Assembly (NCBI RefSeq): GCF_965233565.1
Contig: NZ_OZ247494.1
Location: 4,011,246-4,075,245 of the forward strand
DNA length: 64,000 nucleotides
Direction of reading: 5' to 3'
From: Roseibium sp.
GTDB lineage: Bacteria > Pseudomonadota > Alphaproteobacteria > Rhizobiales > Stappiaceae
Shown here: one piece after another, positions 1 through 7,796 of the stretch
Layout: every line of letters begins with the position of its first letter
Numbering within the stretch: the stretch's first letter is position 1
Notes under the pieces: model-generated
The model's database searches: none
What the model saw: the letters and a program-made list of their open reading frames with translations, nothing else
Told to the model about the DNA's origin: nothing
Made by a program: the position numbers and the translations under genes

Positions 1-1322
1 CCACCATAAAGCTGGTCGTCTTGGTGACCGCCGCGGAGCTGGTCATTGCCGGCACCGCCTTTCAGGACATCTTCGCCGTAACCACCGATGAGAATGTCGT
101 CACCGGATCCACCAATCAGCGTGTCGTCATCCAGACCGCCATCAAGCGTATCATTGCCTGTGCCTCCATTCAGCGTGTCTTCACCGCTTTCACCATAGAG
201 AACATCATCGCCGTTGTTGCCATTGAGCGTGTCACCCTGCTGGCCGCCATACAGCGTATCGTCTCCGGAATTGCCGTAGAGCTTGTCCGAGCCCGACCCG
301 CCATAAAGGGCATCGTTGTCACTGCCGCCGTGCAGGTCGTCATGACCGTTGCCGCCATAGAGCTGGTCATTGCCGGACCGGCCATGCAGTTCATCCGCAC
401 CGTCTCCTCCGTAAAGCACGTCGTTATCGCTGCGGATGATCACCGGTGTATCGTCGCCCGGCCCGGGAGCCGGATCGGTGCCACCGGTCTGCTGCTGATA
501 ATGGGCATTCAGCAGCAGTGCGTTGGCGATGCCGATGTCAACGGTGAAGACGCTGTCGTCAAAATCCCGGTCGCCGCCGTTGAACAGGTCCTCGAAGCCG
601 AGCGTGATGGTACCGGCATCGGTCTTCAGAACGCCGGTCGTGTGCAGGATGCCGTCCGGATTGAGCCCGACCGTGTCGCCATAGGCCGACGTGTGGTAGG
701 GATCGGTTTTGATCATGGTTCGCGTTCCGTCCGGCGCAATGTGATAAAGGCGCGGGGCGGTGCTGTTCAGGGTTGCGACGGTTCCGTCAGCCTCCTGAAA
801 CTCCAGGGATCCGTTTTCAAGGTCGAGACCGGAATAGCCGCCATTGCGGCTGTAGCCGTTGGAGATGATGAAAAACGCGATCTGGTCTCCGGACTGAACG
901 TCGAGAAACTCGCGGGACTGACCCTGAATAAGGTTGCCGCCGCTGCCCTGCAGCGAGGCGTTCTCCCAGATGAATTTCACGTCGGTGATCGTGCCGTCCT
1001 CGGCGACCTTGTAGTAACCGAAGGTGTTTCGGTACCCGGCGGTTTCGCCTTCGAAGACAACGGAGACCGGATGATCGTCGGCAATGGCGACGGAGGTTAT
1101 CTGCACCAGGTTCGGACCACCGGACCCATAAAGCGTGTCATCACCATTGTTGCCATAGAGCGTATCGTCGCCAGTGCCTCCCCAGACCTCGTCGTTTCCG
1201 TTGTGGCCCATCATCAGGTCATCGCCGAAACGGCCGGACATGACGTCAGAGTGTCTTGTGCCATTCAGCACGTCATCTTCATTTGTCCCGATCATGGGAC
1301 GTGTTGCGGGCAAACTTGCCAT
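1..1322 (-). CDS. RTX (hemolysin-type Ca-binding) secreted protein with a DUF4114-like domain; 3' end runs off the window
   Basis: I translated the minus strand by hand. ATG at 1322 follows a GGGAG RBS and reads MASLPATRPMIGTNEDDVLNG..., then a few GGxGxDxLx repeats, a domain ending in GFEDLFNGGDRDFDD (DUF4114-like motif), and an uninterrupted run of RTX nonapeptides to position 1. It is absent from the ORF track because there is no stop in the window. The + strand ORF 21..1397 is its antisense shadow. Confidence 0.9.
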   Translation of the reverse strand, partial: MASLPATRPMIGTNEDDVLNGTRHSDVMSGRFGDDLMMGHNGNDEVWGGTGDDTLYGNNGDDTLYGSGGPNLVQITSVAIADDHPVSVVFEGETAGYRNTFGYYKVAEDGTITDVKFIWENASLQGSGGNLIQGQSREFLDVQSGDQIAFFIISNGYSRNGGYSGLDLENGSLEFQEADGTVATLNSTAPRLYHIAPDGTRTMIKTDPYHTSAYGDTVGLNPDGILHTTGVLKTDAGTITLGFEDLFNGGDRDFDDSVFTVDIGIANALLLNAHYQQQTGGTDPAPGPGDDTPVIIRSDNDVLYGGDGADELHGRSGNDQLYGGNGHDDLHGGSDNDALYGGSGSDKLYGNSGDDTLYGGQQGDTLNGNNGDDVLYGESGEDTLNGGTGNDTLDGGLDDDTLIGGSGDDILIGGYGEDVLKGGAGNDQLRGGHQDDQLYG

Positions 1323-1783
1323 TTTTATACTCCCTTGCTGATGCGCGATTGCGCAATCCAGCCGGAGCGTTGCAAGGTGGGCGCCATGATGCGTTGAAAT
1401 ATGAGGAAAAATTAAAGTAACAAATTCAATAGTTTGAAGCGTGAACTTGCTCTTTGAGGTGCTGTGTCTTTTTGAAAACGCAAACGCTTTTCCGTTTTGC
1501 AAACAGGACAGATTGTCGAAACAAGGCACGCACGGACGGGTCATACGCACCAGCAATCAGGGATGTGGCCGGGGCAGTTTGTTCCCGGACCGGTCTGCGC
1601 TCGACGCGACGAAACAGGATCCCTGCACGGGCGGTCCCCGTTTGTGCGCTGGGCTTGGATTGCGTACCGAGAACGAAGGTCAGGACGCGGTTTTTCGTAA
1701 CCTGTCCGCTGTTCCATCGGCCGGGTGTGGCACAAGCGAGCGGATTTGCATCAGTTGGCGCCGGTATCCGACCACCGGAGAGA

Positions 1784-1813
1784 TTGACAAGCGAGATCAA
1801 TCGGGTCCAATAA
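1784..1813 (+). promoter_or_regulatory. Putative sigma70 promoter of the riboswitch-cbi operon
   Basis: Perfect TTGACA at 1784-1789 and a weak -10 (CAATAA) 18 nt downstream. This places the start site just before the riboswitch. Confidence 0.45.
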
Positions 1814-1819
1814 GCAGCG

Positions 1820-2010
1820 TTATCGGTTCTCGGGGCCAGGACTGGCCTTGGGATTAAAAGGGAACACGGTGAGGCGTACCCAGTAGGGACCAAAACCGTG
1901 GCTGCCCCCGCAACTGTAGGCGGAGAGCCGGGACCGACTATGCCACTGGCGCTGCAAGCGCCGGGAAGGCCGGTTCAGGCAAAGACCCGCGAGCCAGGAG
2001 ACCTGCCGCT
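1820..2010 (+). promoter_or_regulatory. Cobalamin (AdoCbl/B12) riboswitch
   Basis: The conserved blocks occur in the correct order: AAAAGGGAACACGGTG, AAACCGTGGCTGCCCCCGCAACTGT, GCCACTGG...CCGGGAAGG and the B12 box GAGCCAGGAGACCTGCC. It lies upstream of cobalt transport genes. Confidence 0.95.
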
Positions 2011-2182
2011 GATCGTCATGGCCTGCCAGGAGCAGCGCCCTGACACCGCAACCGGACGCCGGGGTGAGCGTCACGCGGACAAGCGCCAGGTTCACTCCTC
2101 AATCGCTTCCCGCTTCCGTCCCCGACCGTCTTTCAGTCGACCCAACCGGCACCTGCCGGTGGCCCATTGAGAGAGACGACAT

Positions 2183-2980
2183 ATGACACTTCGCAAGCTC
2201 GGCCTTGGAGCCCTTTGCGCAGCAACGATCCTAAACCCCTTCGCAGCCCAGGCGCATTTCCTTCTGGCCTATACGCCAGAGGTCAACCTGGAAAAGGCCG
2301 GCGACCTGCCGCTGAAGCTCATCTTCTGGCATCCGTTTGAAAACGGCCATGTCATGGACATGGAAACCCCGCTCGAATTTTACGCCGTGCATCGCGGCGA
2401 GAGATACGACCTGAAAGGCACGCTCAAGCCGATCACTTTCACCGGTCAGGAGAACGAGGCGGCCGCCTTTGACGCGACACTGCCGGTGAAACGCAGCGGC
2501 GACTATGTGCTCGTCGTCGAGCCGGCTCCCTATTACGAAGAGAGCGAAGACATCTACATCCAGCAGATCACCAAGTCCTATGTGAACCGGAACGAAATTC
2601 CGACCGACTGGATGGAGCCACAAGGGCTTGCGACCGAAATCCTGCCGTTGAACCGCCCGACCAACATCGTTGCCGGCTCGACCTTCACCGGCCGTGTTCT
2701 GGCCGAGGGCAAGCCCGTTGCCGGTGCCGAGATCGAAATCGAATACATGGCGGCCGAACCGGACATGGAGGAAAACAAGCCGCAGGAAGCCACTGCATCT
2801 CCAATGCCAGGCGGTGCTGTCGTCGCGATTTCCGATGAAAACGGCTATTTTACCTTCGGCATCCCGAAGGCCGGTTTCTGGGGTTTTGCTGCACTTGGTG
2901 CCGGTCCTCAAAAGGAATATGAGGGCAAGGAACTCAGCCAGGATGCGGTCATCTGGGTCCGCGCCTACGACGTCGAATAG
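2183..2980 (+). CDS. Periplasmic DUF4198-family (NikK/CbiK-like) metal uptake protein
   Basis: The signal peptide ends AQA|H, leaving an N-terminal His. It also carries PLEILPL-type and TDENG-type motifs and is the first gene of the ECF operon. Confidence 0.8.
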   Translation: MTLRKLGLGALCAATILNPFAAQAHFLLAYTPEVNLEKAGDLPLKLIFWHPFENGHVMDMETPLEFYAVHRGERYDLKGTLKPITFTGQENEAAAFDATLPVKRSGDYVLVVEPAPYYEESEDIYIQQITKSYVNRNEIPTDWMEPQGLATEILPLNRPTNIVAGSTFTGRVLAEGKPVAGAEIEIEYMAAEPDMEENKPQEATASPMPGGAVVAISDENGYFTFGIPKAGFWGFAALGAGPQKEYEGKELSQDAVIWVRAYDVE

Positions 2981-3006
2981 GACGGAACCGGACGGAGGGA
3001 GAGCCG

Positions 3007-3633
3007 ATGCATATTGTCGACGGCGCCTTGTCGACTGAAGTCGTCCTTGCCGGGTCGATCCTGGCCGTGGGCGGTGTCGCGCTCGGGCTGCGCAAGCTGC
3101 CGATGGAAAGGATCCCCGCGGCAGGCATTCTCAGCGCGACCTTCTTCGTGGCCTCGCTCATTCATGTGCCGATCGGTCCGTCCAGCGTCCACCTGATCCT
3201 GAATGGCCTTGCCGGGCTCGTGCTCGGCTGGGCCGCCTTTCCCGCGCTTTTTGTCGGATTGCTGCTGCAGGCCGTGTTCTTCGGCTTCGGTGGTGTCACG
3301 GTGCTCGGCGTGAACACGCTGAACATCGCCCTGCCGGCAGTCGCGGTCTATTACCTCTGCCGCTATGGCGTCGCCTCGAAATCGGACGTTGCAGCCGCGA
3401 TCTGGGGCGGCATCGGCGGTGCGCTCTCCATCGTGCTGACAACCGTGATGGTCGGCCTCTCGCTGGCCTTCAGCGGTGAAGAATTTGTTCCGGCCGCCAA
3501 GCTTGTCTTTGTCACCCACATGCCGGTCATGGCGATCGAGGGCCTTTTGACGGGCTTCGCGGTTTATCTGGCCCGCAAGGTCAAACCCGAGCTGTTCTTG
3601 AGCTCGGAACCCTCTTCCGGAGGCGTGCGATGA
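3007..3633 (+). CDS. cbiM: ECF cobalt/nickel transporter substrate-binding membrane subunit CbiM/NikM
   Basis: N-terminal MHIVDGAL metal-binding motif, HVPIGPSSVHL motif and multiple TM helices. Confidence 0.92.
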   Translation: MHIVDGALSTEVVLAGSILAVGGVALGLRKLPMERIPAAGILSATFFVASLIHVPIGPSSVHLILNGLAGLVLGWAAFPALFVGLLLQAVFFGFGGVTVLGVNTLNIALPAVAVYYLCRYGVASKSDVAAAIWGGIGGALSIVLTTVMVGLSLAFSGEEFVPAAKLVFVTHMPVMAIEGLLTGFAVYLARKVKPELFLSSEPSSGGVR

Positions 3634-4268
3634 AATACGCAAAGATCCTCGGCACAGCGCTCCTGTTTTTGGTCACGTTAGCCGGACACCCCGCCCTGGC
3701 GCACAAGGTCATCGTCTCCGTCTTCGCCAGCGGCGAGACAATCGAAGGCGAAATCGGCTTTTCCAACGGCGACATGGCAACCGATACGCTGGTTGAAGTG
3801 TTCGACGGGGATGGCAACAAGCTCGGCGAGGTCACAACCGACAGCGACGGCTTCTTTTCGTTCAGACCGTCGCAGCGCGTTGTGCATGTGTTCAGGGCCA
3901 ATCTCGGTTCCGGGCATGTGGCTGAAGTACGCATGGAACTGGAGGAACTGCCCGACATTCCAGGGGGGCCCCAGCCCGCTACTGGGGCGGACAGCACTCC
4001 TGTTGTCGACACGAGCGTGGCCGGCAATGTCCATGAAAACGAGACCGCTGCCGTCGCTGCGGCCCCGATGATCGCGGCGGCCCTTGAGCAAAACCGTGAA
4101 ATGCTGCGCGAGATGATTCACCGTGAGGTCACACCTCTGCGCCGCGAACTTGCGGCCTACAAGGAAAAGAACGACCTTCAGACGATCCTGGGCGGGATCG
4201 GATACATCTTCGGGCTGTTTGGTCTTTTCTTCTACCTTGCCGCCCGGCGCAAACTGGCTGGTGGATAA
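3630..4268 (+). CDS. Cobalt/nickel ECF accessory component (NikL/CbiL-like)
   Basis: Signal peptide ending ALA|H, a TDSDG Ig-like segment and a C-terminal TM helix (ILGGIGYIFGLFG). It overlaps the cbiM stop (ATGA). Confidence 0.7.
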   Translation: MKYAKILGTALLFLVTLAGHPALAHKVIVSVFASGETIEGEIGFSNGDMATDTLVEVFDGDGNKLGEVTTDSDGFFSFRPSQRVVHVFRANLGSGHVAEVRMELEELPDIPGGPQPATGADSTPVVDTSVAGNVHENETAAVAAAPMIAAALEQNREMLREMIHREVTPLRRELAAYKEKNDLQTILGGIGYIFGLFGLFFYLAARRKLAGG

Positions 4269-4271
4269 GGC

Positions 4272-5069
4272 ATGGGGCATCTCGTCTCCTCCGGACCAAG
4301 GGTCCTCATCAGCGCCGACAGCGCCAGGTCCAACCGCACGCTCGATCGGCTGGATCCGAGAAGCCGCGTCCTGGCCGCGATCTGTTTCGCCATTGTGATT
4401 GTCAGTCTGAAAAGCCTGCCGGTGCTGGCGCTCGGCTTCGGCCTGTCCATTGCGGTCCTGCTGGCGACACGCCTTCCGCTGAAGGCAACCCTGCGCCGCA
4501 TGGCGGCGATGGACGGTTTCATTCTGTTCATGCTCGCACTTCTGCCCTTTACCGTTCCAGGCACACCGCTGTTCTCCGTCTTCGGCTTCGGTTTCTCGGT
4601 GGAGGGCCTGCTGCGTGCGGTCGAGATCGCCCTGAAGGCGAATGCGGTCATTCTGATGCTGATGGTGCTGGTGGGCACACTTGAACCGGTCACGCTCGGA
4701 CACGCGCTGCATCGGCTGAAGACCCCGGAAACGCTGGTGCATCTTTTGATGTTCACGGTGCGCTACATCAGCGTGCTGCACCAGGAATATCTGCGACTGC
4801 GCAGTGCCATGAAGGTGCGCTCCTTCCGGCTGCGCAACTCGCTGCATACCTACAAGTCGATCGGTTATCTCGTCGGCATGATGCTGGTGCGGTCTATCGA
4901 CCGGTCGGAGCGCATCCTCTCGGCAATGAAATGTCGCGGGTTCAACGGGACTATTCCCCTGCTTGATACAATGCGGTTCACCGGCCGCGACGCCTGGTTT
5001 GCGGGTCTTGTGCTGATGGCTGCGGCAACGCTGCTTGGTCTGGAGTGGAAGATTGGCGCCTCTTATTGA
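4272..5069 (+). CDS. cbiQ: ECF transporter transmembrane component CbiQ
   Basis: LDPRSR motif, RYI..L..E motif and the ERILSAMKCRGF (ARG-type) motif. Confidence 0.93.
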   Translation: MGHLVSSGPRVLISADSARSNRTLDRLDPRSRVLAAICFAIVIVSLKSLPVLALGFGLSIAVLLATRLPLKATLRRMAAMDGFILFMLALLPFTVPGTPLFSVFGFGFSVEGLLRAVEIALKANAVILMLMVLVGTLEPVTLGHALHRLKTPETLVHLLMFTVRYISVLHQEYLRLRSAMKVRSFRLRNSLHTYKSIGYLVGMMLVRSIDRSERILSAMKCRGFNGTIPLLDTMRFTGRDAWFAGLVLMAAATLLGLEWKIGASY

Positions 5070-5709
5070 ACTGACCGATCTGCATTTCGGCTATCCGGGC
5101 CATGACCCGGTCCTGCGCGGTGCCTCTCTCCGACTTGCAGAAGGGGAACGCCTTGCCATCAGCGGTCACAACGGTGCCGGCAAGAGCACGCTCTTGCGCA
5201 TGGTGGTCGGCCTGTTGAAGCCGGACCGGGGAACGGTTACCGCATTCGGCAAGGCGTGCCGGACGGAATCGGATTTCCAGACCGTGCGGCGCCGGGCGGG
5301 GTTCGTGTTCCAGGACCCGGATGATCAGCTTTTCTGCCCGACCGTTGCGGAAGACATAGCCTTCGGTCCGCTCAATCTGGGCAAGAGCCGGGACGAGGCG
5401 ACCGAGATTGTCGACACGGTTCTGCGCGATCTGGACCTGATGGTTCTGAAAGACCGCATCACATACAAGCTCTCCGGTGGTGAAAAACGGCTGGTGAGCC
5501 TGGCCACGGTCCTGGCGATGGCGCCGGATGTCCTGCTCCTGGACGAGCCGACCAACGCCCTTGATGAAAAGAACGAAGCGCGGCTGATCGAGATCCTGCA
5601 GGGCTTGCCCCAGGCCATGATCATCGTCTCCCATGACGCGGACTTCCGCGGACGGCTTGGCACACGCGCCGAGCGCTTGGAAGACGGCATTCTGGTGGAT
5701 CGGCCCTGA
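5053..5709 (+). CDS. cbiO: ECF transporter ATPase CbiO
   Basis: Walker A GHNGAGKST, Q-loop FQDPDDQLF, signature LSGGEK and Walker B LLLDEP. The likely start is TTG at 5053 behind a GGAG (ORF track start 5035). Confidence 0.93.
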   Translation: MAPLIELTDLHFGYPGHDPVLRGASLRLAEGERLAISGHNGAGKSTLLRMVVGLLKPDRGTVTAFGKACRTESDFQTVRRRAGFVFQDPDDQLFCPTVAEDIAFGPLNLGKSRDEATEIVDTVLRDLDLMVLKDRITYKLSGGEKRLVSLATVLAMAPDVLLLDEPTNALDEKNEARLIEILQGLPQAMIIVSHDADFRGRLGTRAERLEDGILVDRP

Positions 5710-5965
5710 GAGGCGGGGCGTAGCTGCCGGAACCTTCGGAAGAGGGACCGCACATATGCGCCATCGGCGCCATGTTTCAGCGCATGTTGGAAAAGGGCCG
5801 GCAGCTGCGAGCTGTGTTGCGGACGGAACCGAGTTCCGGTCGACAGAAAGCTCTTTGCTTCGCGGCCCCCCCTTGATCCTGGTTGCGCAATCCAATCATT
5901 GGCCGGCTTGCATTTTGCCGTTTCTTGCCACCTGTTAGGCAAAAAGCAGGCCGGCGGAGGAACGC

Positions 5966-6463
5966 ATGAGGATAGAGCCGTTCAGCGAAGAGCATTGGCG
6001 GAGATTTCGCGCTGTTCGGCTCCGCGCTCTGGCGGACACACCAGACGCATTCGCACGGACGCTTGCGGAAGAAACAGCCTTTCCCGAAGCGGACTGGCGC
6101 CGGCGCCTGACCTCCGGTGCAAAAACATTTGTCGCAGTTTTGGGCGATGAGGATGTTGGACTGGTGACCGGTGGCGCCTGGGATGGCCGCCACAAGACGG
6201 CAGGCCTGTTCGGCATGTGGGTGGCCCCGGAAGCGCGTCACCGCGGTGTTGGAAAGGCGCTCGTGTTGAGCGTGGTCGACTGGGCCAAATCCGCTGAATT
6301 TGAAGTCCTGGTCCTTGACGTCGCCGACGACAATCGCCCGGCGATCGCGCTCTATGAGCGGGCGGGGTTCCAGCCGACGGGAAATGTCGGAACGCTGCCG
6401 CCGCCGCGTGAGTATGTGAAGGAACATGAGCGCTCGCTGTTGCTGTGCCGGCGCGAGGTCTGA
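5966..6463 (+). CDS. GNAT family N-acetyltransferase
   Basis: MWVAPEARHRGVG acetyl-CoA motif, N..AIALYERAGF motif and a GGAGG RBS. Confidence 0.9.
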   Translation: MRIEPFSEEHWRRFRAVRLRALADTPDAFARTLAEETAFPEADWRRRLTSGAKTFVAVLGDEDVGLVTGGAWDGRHKTAGLFGMWVAPEARHRGVGKALVLSVVDWAKSAEFEVLVLDVADDNRPAIALYERAGFQPTGNVGTLPPPREYVKEHERSLLLCRREV

Positions 6464-6564
6464 AACGTTTGGAGACGTGCCCACTCGTTGTGGCCGGAGC
6501 TTGAGGAAGGTCGCCTCCGAAAGGGAGGGAACACAGGCGCTCAAGGCCGAAACGGGGTTTTGAG

Positions 6565-6897
6565 GGTCGCACCCGGATCGCAGCAAACACGCCTGCCATC
6601 TTTAGCCTGTGACATGGTTCACGCCGATGAATGCCCACGGCATTTTTGAAAGCCCGCTGGTCGTTCTGGCGAGCGCAGTGTCGTGGCCGCTCCAACACTG
6701 CCGACCGGGGGCGCAATGCCCAACTTGGCCAATCGCACCGAATGCCTGCTTGTCTTGTATCGGACGTTACTTGCGAGTGGCCGACGAGGTCATACCCATG
6801 ATCGGGGCGCCGGCCACATCGTGCTTGCTCCAAAGCATCGAAAACGAAGGTGGCAAGCGTGGTCCAGCCGACGTGCCTGCCAATGATGCGCCGGAAT
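6565..6897 (-). pseudogene. Degenerate IS3-family transposase (rve/integrase core) remnant
   Basis: Minus-strand frames give RRIIGRHVGWTTLATFVFDALEQAR..RRP..DLVGHS, then SVRLAKLGIAPPVGSVG, HDTALA..TSGLSK and KNAVGIHRREP. These match the IS3 OrfB pattern RRIVGW...FVLDALEQAL...LVHHSD / TERLAEAGI.PSVGS.GDSYDNALAE..NGLYKAEVIHRRGPW but are broken by several frameshifts. Confidence 0.75.
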
Positions 6898-7796
6898 TGC
6901 GTCTTGAACGGGGGGCTTGTCGGGTGAGCACCTTAAAAGGGGAGGCAATTGGCGATGAAAAGCTATTGCGCGAAATGACGGCGAACGTCTTCGCAGGCCT
7001 TGTGCATTGGGCGGTATCAGGTGTGGAAAATGCATGTGTTTCAATGTCGCAAATGGATGTCGCGAGCAACGCGCAAGCTCCGGAATCCGCAGCGTTATAT
7101 TCCAAAAACAGTCTTGTTTTTAACAGAAATATTACACTCTGAGAACGAATTGAATATATTTACAACCAGTAAACGGCATGTCAGATTGCGCTTAACTATT
7201 AAGGTTGGGGCGGTTTTTGCCAATGGGCGTCGTGGGCTTCCGCCTGAGCTGAAAACCGTGGGGCAAAGTCAATGTTTCATGAGGCAAATCAGATATTTAT
7301 GAGCGGTGGTCACGAGGATTCGCGTTTCTTTCAGGTTCATCTATGTGTTGACCGAAGCCCGGCGGTTGGAGTCCCGGAAGTTGAAATGCGCATGTCCCTG
7401 ACACGCTTTTCCGTTTCTTGTCGAAGATTTAATGCCTACTTTTGAAAATAAAAATATCAGAAGAATAGATGAAATAAATCAACCCTAAGAATACTATTGA
7501 ATAATTTATGTCTAAATGAATTTGATGATGTTTATTTTTATGATCCTAGGTAATTTTGCTCGTATAGCGAGTAGTCTATTAATGAAGAAGTGTCGTGAAC
7601 GGTTAATGGTGGTCAAAATGCAGTCAAGACAGACCTTTTTTTCTTGCCAGGTGTGTCGCTCGCAAAGCCCGCCCTGGGGCGATTAAGTCAATGGAGCCTT
7701 GCTGACAGAGTTGGTGAAGTCCGACGCTAAGAAAAAGAGGCCTCTGAAAGAGTGCCGAATTAAGAATTGCAAATAGAAAATGCTGAATAGGGATGT

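Noticed and set aside
21-1397. 458-aa plus-strand ORF
   Set aside because: It is the antisense shadow of the minus-strand RTX gene; its V/I/A-rich periodicity mirrors the GGxGxD codons.
6609-7142. 177-aa plus-strand ORF
   Set aside because: Its first half is antisense to the IS3 remnant; the rest has no motif or RBS support.
7640-7770. c-di-GMP-I riboswitch upstream of the giant adhesin (CGCAAAGCC and CTCTGAAAGAG fragments)
   Set aside because: The fragments are in the wrong order and the P1/P2 pairing cannot be built. An Infernal search with RF01051 would settle it.
5710-7790. attL direct repeat of the tRNA-Ser 3' end
   Set aside because: I could not find a copy of TGGCGGAGAGAGAGGG or a convincing shorter core in this region by eye.
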